A stretch of 64,000 nucleotides of DNA, taken from NCBI GenBank assembly GCA_965207885.1, contig OZ242311.1:6144001-6208000 (forward strand), read 5' to 3'. The position numbers were made by a program, and so were the translations under genes. The DNA is from Candidatus Latescibacterota bacterium. Lineage in GTDB: Bacteria > Latescibacterota > UBA2968. Shown here piece by piece: positions 48,791 through 59,119 of this stretch; the stretch's first letter is position 1; each line of letters opens with the position of its first letter. The notes beneath the pieces are model-generated. The model saw only the letters and a program-made list of their open reading frames with translations. It was not told where the DNA came from and did no database searches.

Positions 48791-50071
48791 ATGGACAAGC
48801 TGAATGTTTTTGGTGGTGGTCTTTCCTATCCGTTAGGTGGGGAAAACCGCCTTACCTATGCTCTGATGAACCTGATACGCATCTCGCCGATCATTCGTGC
48901 GGCATTTCTGGACCTCGTCCGGGACAAGCAGGAGCAACCGATACCTGCATTGACGGCCTTAAGAGAGCGTGAGTGCGTCGTTCAAACGCAGACCGGAGAG
49001 CTGTCCGCACAGGAAGGACGCCTTGTGGCTATTGGAATCACCGCTGAGGGAAATGATGTCGATGCCGACATCCAGCGGAAGGATAGAAGAGCGATATACG
49101 ACGGCGTAGTGACCTTTATCGCACCAGAGAACCGGCAGCATCAGCAGGAGAGTTTGATCCTCACTGTCGAGAGCAAACTCGGTTCCGAAGTCGGAGCGTG
49201 GCAGTTGATGCCGAGTACGGCGAGTTTGGGTAACCAGATCATGGAAGATCCACAGGCAGTGATTCTGGCATGGCGGGATATCGTCAGTACGCTCACCGAC
49301 CTTGAACTAAGAGGGTTGGTCAGTCCCGCAGAGAGGGTGCTCATCCGAGACTTCATTGATTATGTTGCAGCCAACCATTCAGTGCTCAATCCATTCGAGC
49401 ACTTCGCGGTATGTAGAGACGTCTTGCACCTCCTCAATCGGCGATGTGAAGCGATCCTGCGGGAGATTTGCCCAACTGTGGCACGGCATGGATCGTCGCC
49501 TATCATCGCTGTGGAATTTCCCTCTTTCAAGCAGATTTGGCTCTGGGCAGAACAGGATGATGCAGGATCATGGCAAATTAAACTCGGTCTCTATCCAGGG
49601 GATACTATGACACAGGCACAGGAGTTCTGGCTGAAGGTTAATACAGGGCAGCTCTTGGCGTTGCACACAGATTGGCGACTGAAGCCGAATCTGCATTTCT
49701 CTTACATAGCAACACATCTGCACCGGGCAGACACGCTACTTGCGGTAAGCGATTACATTGAATTTTGGAAGTTCCGCGAGATGAAGATTACCTCTCTCTC
49801 CCGAGACGGTGCAGATTCTTACGGCCACAACTGGAACCGTATGGGTGCCAGAGGCTTGATTTCTCCCGCTGACGTGGAGCCACTTGAAGAAAAGACGACC
49901 CGGACAAAACGCGATCGAATCTCCATGTCACCCGGCCTCGATATTAGCTACACATGGTCGGCGGAGCGAGCCTCCCAACTCGATAGAGATGGTGCCTTTG
50001 TGTGTGAGGTCAAAGAAAGGATCCGTGAGGCGACCGAGACCTGGGGTGAAGTTCCCGATTTCTGTATTTAA
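48791..50071 (+). CDS. Hypothetical protein with N-terminal PD-(D/E)XK-like nuclease motif
   Basis: ENRLTYAL...YDGVV...VESKL...QL spacing. Confidence 0.55.
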   Translation: MDKLNVFGGGLSYPLGGENRLTYALMNLIRISPIIRAAFLDLVRDKQEQPIPALTALRERECVVQTQTGELSAQEGRLVAIGITAEGNDVDADIQRKDRRAIYDGVVTFIAPENRQHQQESLILTVESKLGSEVGAWQLMPSTASLGNQIMEDPQAVILAWRDIVSTLTDLELRGLVSPAERVLIRDFIDYVAANHSVLNPFEHFAVCRDVLHLLNRRCEAILREICPTVARHGSSPIIAVEFPSFKQIWLWAEQDDAGSWQIKLGLYPGDTMTQAQEFWLKVNTGQLLALHTDWRLKPNLHFSYIATHLHRADTLLAVSDYIEFWKFREMKITSLSRDGADSYGHNWNRMGARGLISPADVEPLEEKTTRTKRDRISMSPGLDISYTWSAERASQLDRDGAFVCEVKERIREATETWGEVPDFCI

Positions 50072-50165
50072 GAAGTAGTCCTTGAACTGATGCCATTGCC
50101 GGCGTGATGAGCTTCCAAACCGAATTTTTTTATGACGAAATGTCCAATTATGGTATAATACGCAT

Positions 50166-50459
50166 ATGAGAATTATTTCACGCAGGGCTTTGAGAGAATT
50201 TTGGAGAACGCATGCAGATTCCGAACAGCCGCTTAAAGCCTGGTATGCCAATGTGAAACGGGCCGATTGGAAAACGCCATCCGATGTAAAAGCCACATAT
50301 CGAAATGCCAGTTTTGTCGAAAACAATCGGGTGATATTCAACATCAAGGGTAATGCCTACCGTTTAGTCGCGGCAATTGATTATCAATACGGTATCGTTT
50401 ATATTCGATTTGTTGGTACACACCAGATATATAATAAAATCAACACAGCCACGATATGA
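50166..50459 (+). CDS. higB: HigB toxin
   Basis: MRIISRRALREFW, IFNIKGN.YRL, FVGTH..Y. Confidence 0.92.
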   Translation: MRIISRRALREFWRTHADSEQPLKAWYANVKRADWKTPSDVKATYRNASFVENNRVIFNIKGNAYRLVAAIDYQYGIVYIRFVGTHQIYNKINTATI

Positions 50460-50469
50460 GGTGATAACC

Positions 50470-50850
50470 ATGGATATTAAACCCATCAAAACCGAATCAG
50501 ACCATGAAGCCGCTTTGAGAGAGATCGAACGGCTTTGGGGAGCAACTCATGGTTCGCCAGAAGGTGATAAACTCGATGTTTTGGTCACGCTCGTTGAAGT
50601 TTATGAACAGAAGCACTACTCTATCCCGCCACCGGATCCAATTGAGGCAATCCTTCACCACATGGAGAGTCAAGGTTTATCTCATAGTGATCTTGAACCC
50701 TACCTGGGTTCAGGCACCAGTGTGTCAGAGGTTTTGAATCGAAAATGCTCACTGTCACTGAACATGATTCGCAAGTTGCATAAGGGTCTTGGAATTTCGG
50801 CGGATATTTTGGTTCAGCCTTATGAGTGCTCTTTGAAAAAAATTTATTGA
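50470..50850 (+). CDS. higA: HigA antitoxin
   Basis: IKPIKTE.D, PDPIEAI, VSEVLN, MIRKLH. Confidence 0.9.
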   Translation: MDIKPIKTESDHEAALREIERLWGATHGSPEGDKLDVLVTLVEVYEQKHYSIPPPDPIEAILHHMESQGLSHSDLEPYLGSGTSVSEVLNRKCSLSLNMIRKLHKGLGISADILVQPYECSLKKIY

Positions 50851-50876
50851 TATGTTTTTCTGATAGACTGGATTGC
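50827..50876 (-). repeat. Partial copy (tail) of the REP-doublet element, inverted relative to 48691-48740
   Basis: tgatatgtttttctgatagactggattgc is 28/29 to the reverse complement of 48691-48719. Confidence 0.8.
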
Positions 50877-50886
50877 AACGAATCTT

Positions 50887-52683
50887 TCACTGAAACGCGA
50901 TGCGATAAGTCAATGTATTTTCAGCATTGATGTACGCCGTCACGACCTGGCGATCACCGGATTTGAGATCGGTATCGGAAAAAGTGAGCGCGTTTTCGGT
51001 TTCAATACAGAGAGAAACATCACCGCGCGTGAGAACCGCCCCGTTCTTTTTTGTATCCATATCCCCTTTCAGAAGCGGGAGGACCTCGGTAAAGGCACCG
51101 GGGTAATTGACAGAAACCGTAATCGCATCGCTGGCAAAAAGAATCGTCTTGCTACCACTTTCTCCCAGAGGATAGGTAATCTCGAGATCGCCACCGGGCA
51201 GGTCGCGGATGCCGGGTCGCGGTATGACCGGATCCCCATCAATCCGAAAAACAGCGGCAATATCGGCCTTTTCGCAGAGCGTACCATTGACAACCGTCCC
51301 CCAGGCAGCATGATCTGTATCCGTTTGAGACTGCAGAACAGCACCAGCGCGAGGATGCCAGAGCAACCCCAGCCCATACCGCTGTTGGGCACTCAGCACA
51401 GGCCCCGTATTAAAAGCAACGTAATAGGTTGGACGACGGACAAAAGTAAAAACCACCGGATGGCGGCTGTCAACCCGCTGGTGTGTGAAGTGGTCTCGTG
51501 CGATATACGGCAACATCGCAGTGGCCGCTTTTTTTTGTTCCGGCGCGGGATACCATGTAATGTGATCCCGATGCAAAAACGCATAAGGCGTAAAAGCCCA
51601 AAATTCACCGACCTGGAGCGGCGCAACAGAGGGCCAATTGGCTTCAAGGCGGGCGCGCGCATCTGCAATATCCCGTGCATGTGCCTCAGCCGTACGCCCA
51701 TAAGCGCGGGGCAACTCGAGTACTTCACCGAGCGCAGTCGTGTCGATATCCCCAGAATTAGACCTCTCGGCACCGCCGAGATTGGCGCGATACTCAGTGA
51801 GAAAAGCTCTCTGCTGGCGGGTTTCAATACCGCGGTTGAGCGCGTAACCCGTACCATCGGGTTCGCGCACGGCATTGTAGGAAAACCAATCGTACCAGCG
51901 CTGTTCTTTCTCCAGAAAAACAGATGCCCGATCCGTGCCGCGAGCATAGTGATAGGCAACGTGGATATCGCTGTGGTGAGTACCGAGAAAATAGCCCCAA
52001 TCGGGACCGCTACGCTCGTAAAAATAACCTGCTGGACTCTGAAATTCCGTCAGACTATCTTCAAGACGCTGATCGAGCAAGCGTTCCAGTTCTGCATCGG
52101 GAAAGAGGTTGAGATACGCCAGCGCACCGCCCCAGGCATTGGCGTACTGATTGGTAAAGTTGCGACCCTGGGTTTGCAATTCATCAATAGTAAAAGTGGC
52201 GTAGAGTGCTTTGTGGTCGGCGGCTATGACGCGCTCGTGCAGGGCTGAATCAATGGCCGGACCGCTGTCAAGCAGGTGGAGGGTTTGCCCCATAAACTTT
52301 GTGGCAAAAGCAGTGGCGGCGAGATTCCAATTGCCGGGACCGTACTCGCTAAAACGCCCATCCCCGTTTTGAATGCCGCACCAGAAGTCGAGCGCAGCTT
52401 CGAGACGCTGGCGCAGGTCGGGCTGTGCGTAAAACACATTCCAGGGGCGGTCGGTGCAATAAAAGAAAGCCAGCGCCAGAATATTCTCCATAATACGCGC
52501 ATTGTGCGGTTTATTATCCTTCGGATTCCGCCAGACCGAAATATTGATAAAGCCGCGATCGGGGCCGTACATCTCAACAGCATTGGCAACCCGGTGAAAA
52601 TGCGACAAATAATAGGGCAAATCGAGTTCGCCATCGGCAAAGTCGGCTGGTGAAAAATCAGCAACAGGCGCGGGATTAAGCAT
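50887..52683 (-). CDS. Hypothetical protein, possibly alpha-toroid plus beta-sandwich (lyase-like)
   Basis: 598-aa ORF with RBS; aromatic/His-rich helical N-half and beta-rich C-half; function not recognised. Confidence 0.6.
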   Translation of the reverse strand: MLNPAPVADFSPADFADGELDLPYYLSHFHRVANAVEMYGPDRGFINISVWRNPKDNKPHNARIMENILALAFFYCTDRPWNVFYAQPDLRQRLEAALDFWCGIQNGDGRFSEYGPGNWNLAATAFATKFMGQTLHLLDSGPAIDSALHERVIAADHKALYATFTIDELQTQGRNFTNQYANAWGGALAYLNLFPDAELERLLDQRLEDSLTEFQSPAGYFYERSGPDWGYFLGTHHSDIHVAYHYARGTDRASVFLEKEQRWYDWFSYNAVREPDGTGYALNRGIETRQQRAFLTEYRANLGGAERSNSGDIDTTALGEVLELPRAYGRTAEAHARDIADARARLEANWPSVAPLQVGEFWAFTPYAFLHRDHITWYPAPEQKKAATAMLPYIARDHFTHQRVDSRHPVVFTFVRRPTYYVAFNTGPVLSAQQRYGLGLLWHPRAGAVLQSQTDTDHAAWGTVVNGTLCEKADIAAVFRIDGDPVIPRPGIRDLPGGDLEITYPLGESGSKTILFASDAITVSVNYPGAFTEVLPLLKGDMDTKKNGAVLTRGDVSLCIETENALTFSDTDLKSGDRQVVTAYINAENTLTYRIAFQ

Positions 52684-52736
52684 GAATCAACTCCTTTGTT
52701 TAACGATTCGTCGAAGAGAGCAAACCATTGAAAAAT

Positions 52737-52770
52737 AAAAAAGCGGTGATCCGAAGACCACCGCTTTTTT
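52737..52770. terminator. Rho-independent terminator (A/T tracts on both sides)
   Basis: aaaaaagcggtg-loop-caccgctttttt. Confidence 0.8.
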
Positions 52771-52787
52771 GCGTTTATCGCGAACAC

Positions 52788-53906
52788 TTATTTATCGCGA
52801 TGTAAAATCTGTCGCAAACGCCCGACTTCGCGTTGCAGATAATTGATATGTTGATAAACCGCTGCATCTTTGGGCTTCACCAGAGGCGCTGGACGCAAAG
52901 CGACCAGAGCAGCGCTATCCATCTGATCCAGCTCGACTTGTATCGCCACCACCTGTCCCTCGCGTCGAATACCTATCGTTGCGGTCTCGCCCGGCGTACT
53001 TTCCAGCACCATCCGCTTCAAATGCACTGGACCACCAATGGCGCGCCCACGATATGAAAGCACCACATCGCCCGGCTGAATCCCGCCCTCAGTTGCAGGA
53101 CTATTCGGCTGCACATTGACCACCACCACCTCGTTGCCCCGTGGTGCAACCTCCACACCCAGTTTGCCATACGCCATTTGCCCATGTGCAACCAGCGCGC
53201 GCGCCACCCGCATCGCGCGATTGATCGGAATGACAAAAACCGACGACGGCAGGGAGGTCCATCCAAATAGAGAACCATCGTCTTGAGTAACGGTGCGAAT
53301 CGGGTCTTCATAGCGCCACACCATACCCCCAACCCGTCCATTACCGCAAAACACGGGAGCCCCGCCATAACTGCTCTGCACGCGGGCCGACACCTGAAAC
53401 AAATCCCTATCCCGATAGATTCCGTACACCATCCCAACAGAAGGCACCAGATTGCCAAAGTCATTGCCCAACAAAAGGGCGTAATGCCCAATTTTAATAT
53501 ACTGTGAATCTCCCACCACAACCGTGGGCAAATTCTCTGCCTCAACGCGAATAACAGCAATCCCCGAAATCGGATCTGCCCCCACGAGCGCCGCCCGCAC
53601 CTGCACGCCAGAAGCCAGCGTCACCCGAATCTCATCGGCATCTGCAATAGCGGCTTCAATCGTTAAAATATAACCCTGGGGATCAAAAATAAACCCCGTG
53701 CCGTGGGTAAACACCGAACCAAACGGCCCGCTATCTGCCCGCGCACGGGGAGGATAGAGCGTGTGAATCCGCACCACACTCTGCCGATTATCTTCCAAAA
53801 TTGCAGCAATTTCCTCTTCAAGCGTGCACAACAGGCTGCGTTCTTCCGTCCATCCCCTGCCCACAAAGAGCAGGCACAACGCCATTGTGCAACACAAAGA
53901 TCTCAT
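52788..53906 (-). CDS. HtrA/DegP-like trypsin-fold + PDZ protein with degenerate catalytic triad
   Basis: GTGFIFDPQGYILT, VGDS, IPIN, PDZ NSPA..GGIQPGDVV; H/D/S motifs altered. Confidence 0.8.
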   Translation of the reverse strand: MRSLCCTMALCLLFVGRGWTEERSLLCTLEEEIAAILEDNRQSVVRIHTLYPPRARADSGPFGSVFTHGTGFIFDPQGYILTIEAAIADADEIRVTLASGVQVRAALVGADPISGIAVIRVEAENLPTVVVGDSQYIKIGHYALLLGNDFGNLVPSVGMVYGIYRDRDLFQVSARVQSSYGGAPVFCGNGRVGGMVWRYEDPIRTVTQDDGSLFGWTSLPSSVFVIPINRAMRVARALVAHGQMAYGKLGVEVAPRGNEVVVVNVQPNSPATEGGIQPGDVVLSYRGRAIGGPVHLKRMVLESTPGETATIGIRREGQVVAIQVELDQMDSAALVALRPAPLVKPKDAAVYQHINYLQREVGRLRQILHRDK

Positions 53907-53938
53907 AATCCCGCCTCTCTCCACTTGTCGAGTCAACG

Positions 53939-54535
53939 TCAAAATGAATACGAAACGGGAACTTGTTTCACGCGGCGCAAATCGCGCATATCCGATGGCA
54001 GTTGCTTCAACCGCGATGCGGAATCCACACGCGCCGAATCCCGATAATGACGAGAATCCAGACTATAAGACTCCTTGGACAAACGCTCCAATTCCAGAGC
54101 ACCAACATCAACACTCGGCAATATCTGGCCCTTCATCAGTGGAATTTCCGAACGCTCCACTGCCACTTGCGGCACCGGTGTTGTATCGCCATGGAAAACC
54201 GCCTGAGTCAACCCCAGGCCGATCACCACAGCCGCAGCCAGTGTTGTAATCTTCCGCGAGACAGAAGAAAACATTGCGCGACGTGCCTTGTTCAAAGGGT
54301 GTTTTTCTTTTGCCATAGCCATTGCCAAATGGCTGCGCAAGGTAAAATCAAACTCAGCCGATGGGCGCACCTGTGGCAATTGCGCCAGGCGCTCCCTCAA
54401 AGTTTGCACATCGGCCAACAAAGTGCGACAATGCTCGCACTCGGCGGCTTTGCGCTCCATTTCCGCCATCTCAACCGGACTCATTTCGCCATCTACATAA
54501 GCCGAAACTCGCGCTTCAAAATCGGTAACGGTCAT
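53939..54535 (-). CDS. Anti-sigma factor (zf-HC2-like, one TM)
   Basis: VSAYVDGEM...CEHC; TM LAAAVVIGLGL; follows the ECF sigma. Confidence 0.8.
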   Translation of the reverse strand: MTVTDFEARVSAYVDGEMSPVEMAEMERKAAECEHCRTLLADVQTLRERLAQLPQVRPSAEFDFTLRSHLAMAMAKEKHPLNKARRAMFSSVSRKITTLAAAVVIGLGLTQAVFHGDTTPVPQVAVERSEIPLMKGQILPSVDVGALELERLSKESYSLDSRHYRDSARVDSASRLKQLPSDMRDLRRVKQVPVSYSF

Positions 54536-54573
54536 GTCTATATTTTACCTCCGAGCAGGGTTTCCGGGATGTC

Positions 54574-55185
54574 TTAGACATTCAGGCCCACATCCCGACC
54601 TTCATTTTTCAATTTTTGTTGTAATTTTAAGCGCCCGCGATTGACGCGCGATTTCACCGTCCCAACCGGACACTTCACAATTTCAGAAATCTCGTAATAC
54701 GACATACCTTCCACATCGCGCAACAAAATCACCTGGCGGTAATTATCGGGCAACGAAGCAATGGCATTCTGAATCTCCACATCGGCCAGAGAAGATTCCG
54801 CCATGCGATCGGGACGCATAGATTCATCGGGCAAATCCATGCCCGTATCTGACTCCTCGTCTCGATCCAGTGAAAACAACCGCCATCGCTTGCGCCTCCT
54901 CAACTCACTTTTGGCCAAATTTCCGGCAATCGTAAACAGCCAGGTAGAAAAATTGGCAATTGCACGGTATTCCTCGCGCTTTCCAAACGCGCGCAAAAAC
55001 GCCTCTTGCACGATATCTTCTGCTGTTTCCCGATCGCTCACAAAGCGAAAAACAAAATTGTACAACCGCCCTTGATAGCGCCGCACAATTTTTCCATAAG
55101 CATCAATATCTCCAGCAGATACTTCAGCTAAAATCTCCACATCGGGTTGTTCGCCAAGTCCATATCTCGAATTTGCCATAAGCAT
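54574..55185 (-). CDS. ECF sigma-70 factor (RpoE/SigW-like)
   Basis: AEDIVQEAF, FSTWLFTIA, GTVKSRVNRGR; strong RBS before ATG 55185. Confidence 0.92.
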   Translation of the reverse strand: MLMANSRYGLGEQPDVEILAEVSAGDIDAYGKIVRRYQGRLYNFVFRFVSDRETAEDIVQEAFLRAFGKREEYRAIANFSTWLFTIAGNLAKSELRRRKRWRLFSLDRDEESDTGMDLPDESMRPDRMAESSLADVEIQNAIASLPDNYRQVILLRDVEGMSYYEISEIVKCPVGTVKSRVNRGRLKLQQKLKNEGRDVGLNV

Positions 55186-55391
55186 GGAATTCCTCCCCTT
55201 CGGGCATGTATTCCCCCTCCCATCCCAAAGCTTTACATCCTCAATCCTACTATTAAACCCCCCATGCACCGTCAGGGTTCCCAAAAATACGCGCCGACTG
55301 TTTTTCCACATTGCGCCTTCGTCAATCCCGTCTTATATTCATCACCCCAAATCCGAAACTGATGACATTCATAAGAAAGCGAGGAACCCCG

Positions 55392-57386
55392 ATGGCAGCA
55401 AATCAGGTCGTCGAACAAAACGGACAATACATCCCACCGCAAAATCTCAGCACCAATGCACATGTCCCCAGCATAGATGCCTACGGGAAACAATACGAAA
55501 AATCAATTGCCGATCCCGAAGCATTCTGGGTAGAAATTGCCAATACATTTCACTGGTACAAAAAATGGGACACCGTGCGGTCCTACAACTACAATATAGA
55601 TAACGGGCCGATCTCTATCAAGTGGTTTGAAGGGGCCAGAACCAACATCACGTACAACTGCATTGACCGTCACCTCGCGTCTCGAGGAGATCAAGTCGCC
55701 ATCTTATGGGAAGGCAATGAGCCTGGTGAAGACGCCAAACTCACCTATAGTGAACTGCATGAACAAGTCTGCAAATTTGCCAACGTACTCAAATCTCGAG
55801 GCGTAAAAAAAGGCGACTGCGTCTCCATCTACATGCCCATGATCCCCGAACTCGCCATCGCTATGCTGGCCTGCGCGCGCATCGGCGCTGTCCACTCCAT
55901 CGTCTTTGGCGGCTTCTCTGCCGAAGCACTGGCAGACCGCATCGTCGATTCCGCCTGCCAGATCGTACTCACCACAGATGGCATGTTCCGAGGCGACCGC
56001 CCCATGGAACGCAAGCAACCCGCCGACGAAGCCATCGCATTAGCCAACTCGCGCATGGGCAACATTAGTGTTCACACCTGCATCGTGGTCCAGCGCGTAG
56101 GTGAAGACAGTGGCATCGCATGTCCCATGCGTGAAGGACGCGACTTATGGTGGCACGAAGCCATGTCAGAAGCTGATGCCGACTGCCCCTGCGAAGAAAT
56201 GGACGCCGAAGACCCGCTCTTCATCCTCTATACATCTGGCTCTACCGGCAAACCCAAAGGCGTACAGCACAACGTAGGTGGCTACATGGTGTACACGGGC
56301 TACACGCACAAAAACGTCTTTGACTATCAGGATGGCGACATCTACTTTTGCGCCGCCGACATAGGCTGGATCACAGGTCACTCCTACATCATCTACGGAC
56401 CCTTATCAAATGCCGCCACCACCATCATGTTTGAAAGCACGCCCGTCTATCCCGACCCGGGCCGATATTGGCAGGTCATCGACAAATACAAAGTCAACCA
56501 ATTCTACACTGCGCCCACAGCCATACGCGCCCTCACCCGAGAAGGCGACGAATGGCCCGCCAAATACGACCTGTCATCCCTCAAAATACTCGGCACTGTG
56601 GGCGAACCCATCAATCCCGAAGCCTGGCAATGGTATCACCGCAATATCGGGAGAGAGCGGTGTCCCATCGTAGATACCTGGTGGCAAACCGAAACCGGGG
56701 GCATCCTCATCAGTCCCCTGCCCGGTGCAACCCCCACCAAACCCGGATCCGCGACTTTTCCCCTCTACGGCATCAAACCCGTGGTCCTCGAACCCGAATC
56801 GGGCAAAATCGTCGAAGGCAATGGCGTAGATGGCGTACTCGCCATCTCAGAACCCTGGCCGGGACAAATGCGCACCGTCTATGGCGATCACAAACGCTTT
56901 GAAGAAACCTACTTCCAGCAATACAAAGGCTTCTACTTCACCGGTGACGGCTGTCGTCGAGATGAAGACGGCTACTACTGGATCACCGGCCGCGTAGATG
57001 ACGTCATCAATATCTCGGGCCACCGCATGGGCACCGCCGAAGTCGAAAGCGCCCTGGTCTCACACGGAAAAGTGGCCGAAGCCGCTGTAGTGGGTTTCCC
57101 ACACGAAATCAAAGGACAGGGCATCTATGCCTACGTCACCCTCAACGTGGGCGAAGCCTATACCGACGACCTCAAAGCCGAACTCGTCCAACAAGTCCGC
57201 ACCGAAATCGGCCCCATCGCCACCCCGGACGTAATCCACTGGGCACCGGGCTTACCCAAAACGCGATCGGGCAAAATCATGCGCCGAATCCTGCGCAAAA
57301 TCGCCGAAGACGACACCTCGGACCTCGGCGACACCTCCACCCTCGCCGACCCAACCGTCGTTGACGACCTCCTCGCCAACCGGTAG
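55392..57386 (+). CDS. acs: Acetate--CoA ligase
   Basis: [38 protein letters not shown]. Confidence 0.96.
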   Translation: MAANQVVEQNGQYIPPQNLSTNAHVPSIDAYGKQYEKSIADPEAFWVEIANTFHWYKKWDTVRSYNYNIDNGPISIKWFEGARTNITYNCIDRHLASRGDQVAILWEGNEPGEDAKLTYSELHEQVCKFANVLKSRGVKKGDCVSIYMPMIPELAIAMLACARIGAVHSIVFGGFSAEALADRIVDSACQIVLTTDGMFRGDRPMERKQPADEAIALANSRMGNISVHTCIVVQRVGEDSGIACPMREGRDLWWHEAMSEADADCPCEEMDAEDPLFILYTSGSTGKPKGVQHNVGGYMVYTGYTHKNVFDYQDGDIYFCAADIGWITGHSYIIYGPLSNAATTIMFESTPVYPDPGRYWQVIDKYKVNQFYTAPTAIRALTREGDEWPAKYDLSSLKILGTVGEPINPEAWQWYHRNIGRERCPIVDTWWQTETGGILISPLPGATPTKPGSATFPLYGIKPVVLEPESGKIVEGNGVDGVLAISEPWPGQMRTVYGDHKRFEETYFQQYKGFYFTGDGCRRDEDGYYWITGRVDDVINISGHRMGTAEVESALVSHGKVAEAAVVGFPHEIKGQGIYAYVTLNVGEAYTDDLKAELVQQVRTEIGPIATPDVIHWAPGLPKTRSGKIMRRILRKIAEDDTSDLGDTSTLADPTVVDDLLANR

Positions 57387-57391
57387 GATAC

Positions 57392-57425
57392 AAAAAAGCG
57401 GGCACAAAATCGTGCCCGCTTTTTT
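57392..57425. terminator. Bidirectional Rho-independent terminator
   Basis: aaaaaagcgggcac-aaaatc-gtgcccgctttttt between convergent genes. Confidence 0.88.
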
Positions 57426-57439
57426 AATCAACCATCATC

Positions 57440-58405
57440 TCACGGCACTGCGTCATCTAACATATGTTCAAATGCTTCAAGACTGGACACCTGGACCGCC
57501 GAGCGGAGCACCTGTTTGAGGCGTTGCAAATCTTCAATGGCGGCAATGCGAGCAGATAGGGGATCTGTCGCGCGGAGATCAAATCGAATCTCCAACACAT
57601 CAAGAATATCTGCAATAGCGCGGTCTCTTTCACCTCGCTTAAGGCCCTGCTCAAGGCCCTGCTCAAGGCCCTGCTCAAGGCCCTGCTCAAGGCCCTCTTC
57701 TCTGGCTTCCTCTCTGCTTTGTTGGGTAAGGGATTGAAAAAGAGATGATTCGCGCAAGATGTCCATGATGCCCTCCTTGAAAATAATATTAGAAATCGTT
57801 TCAGACGCATATACCAACTCGCTCAACGCCACCATCCCTGCCAGATAATCCGCCCTATATGACCGAGCGATGGGACGCGTCCGAGCCGTGTGAATACACT
57901 GATGCAACCACGCATCCGAAGCCATCCCTTCAGGTGGCTTCATCAATGGCGTGAAGGGTATCAGACCCGATTGCCCCGATTCGAGGACGCGCTCGCCTTC
58001 TATCTCAATCAGTCTGATCACGCGATACCGAATTGTGATTTCGTAGTCAAGATGCGCCTGGACATAGTACCCGGTATCGTGCTGCCCCGCATTGGGACGC
58101 AAGTAGATCACATTGGAATAGATCGGCAGACCGTGTTGCCGAATAGCATGTCCAATATAGCCTGCCATGCGACGCGGCATAGGTGGATTGGTGCTGTCAG
58201 TCGTTTGAAACTCGTTGTGGACCAATACCTCCTCACCATCGATACGCACGCGAATCAGGCTGTCGGTTTGGCGTGCTTCAACAGTGTATTGCTCTGTGTC
58301 AATGACTGCAAGAACTTCAACATCCTCGCGCCCGAGGGTGAATCCGGCAAAGTCGTCGGGATATTTCTGAATCAGGTGTTTGGATATCGTATCAAATTCT
58401 GCCAT
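57440..58405 (-). CDS. Rpn-family recombination-promoting nuclease/putative transposase
   Basis: FDTISKHLI, RQTDSLI, HNEFQT, MPRRMAGY; C-terminal GLEQ repeats and LEIRF. Confidence 0.85.
   Translation of the reverse strand: MAEFDTISKHLIQKYPDDFAGFTLGREDVEVLAVIDTEQYTVEARQTDSLIRVRIDGEEVLVHNEFQTTDSTNPPMPRRMAGYIGHAIRQHGLPIYSNVIYLRPNAGQHDTGYYVQAHLDYEITIRYRVIRLIEIEGERVLESGQSGLIPFTPLMKPPEGMASDAWLHQCIHTARTRPIARSYRADYLAGMVALSELVYASETISNIIFKEGIMDILRESSLFQSLTQQSREEAREEGLEQGLEQGLEQGLEQGLKRGERDRAIADILDVLEIRFDLRATDPLSARIAAIEDLQRLKQVLRSAVQVSSLEAFEHMLDDAVP
57641..57696 (-). repeat. 12-bp tandem repeat, 4.7 copies (GLEQ)
   Basis: (aaggccctgctc)x4 plus aaggccct on the + strand. Confidence 0.95.
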
Positions 58406-58689
58406 GTGAGATGCCTTGGTCTGAAAGTTGGTCGTATTTTGGACAAACGCAACAATCAGAACTCAAGCAAATATCAGGCCAATTATCACAGAATTGAGCG
58501 ATAAATTGCATATAAGCATCTCATTATGCTTTCAATATGCGGTATTGCGCTGTGGTTCACAACTTGAATTTAAATCCGCAGATGGACGCAGGCATGTCCC
58601 TGTGAAAACAGGGATGGGCACAGATGAAAGGCGAGACGGTAAATTTTGAGCCATGAACAGGCGACATAGTGAAAGATATGTGCCACTTG

Positions 58690-58750
58690 CCCGATATTGG
58701 GAGAGCGGCATAGAATAGGCTGATGCGGTGGACCGACGCTTGTGTTCTTC
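58690..58750 (+). repeat. Direct repeat, left of the TA module (partner 59509-59568)
   Basis: About 80% identity over about 60 bp. Confidence 0.8.
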
Positions 58751-58795
58751 AAATTTCACTTTGACAAAAACTAACATATTTGATATGTATATAAA

Positions 58796-59119
58796 ATGAA
58801 ATTCGAAATCACATACTACAGCGACATACTACAGCGAGATATTTTGCGCTTTCCTCCCGGCATCCGAGCGCGTTATTTTCTTTTAACCGACAGAATGGAA
58901 AAATTTGGTCCCAATCTTGGAATGCCGCACACGCGAGCAATGGGTAACGGTTTATTCGAGCTCAGATTGAGAGCGAAGGAAGGTATCGCCCGTGTGTTTT
59001 TCTGCACCATAGTCAACCGAAAAATTGTGATGTTGCACAGCTTCGTCAAGAAATCTCAGCAAACACCTAAAAGAGACCTCGATATTGCCATCCAAAGAAT
59101 GAGGGAAATCAAACAATGA
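58796..59119 (+). CDS. RelE/ParE-family (Gp49-like) toxin
   Basis: GPNLGMPHTRAMGNGLFELR, LHSFVKKSQQTP. Confidence 0.9.
   Translation: MKFEITYYSDILQRDILRFPPGIRARYFLLTDRMEKFGPNLGMPHTRAMGNGLFELRLRAKEGIARVFFCTIVNRKIVMLHSFVKKSQQTPKRDLDIAIQRMREIKQ

Noticed and set aside
50072-50106. Possible 3' remnant of an HTH antitoxin (ttgaactgat shared with 59381)
   Set aside because: Only a 10-bp match, compatible with chance.
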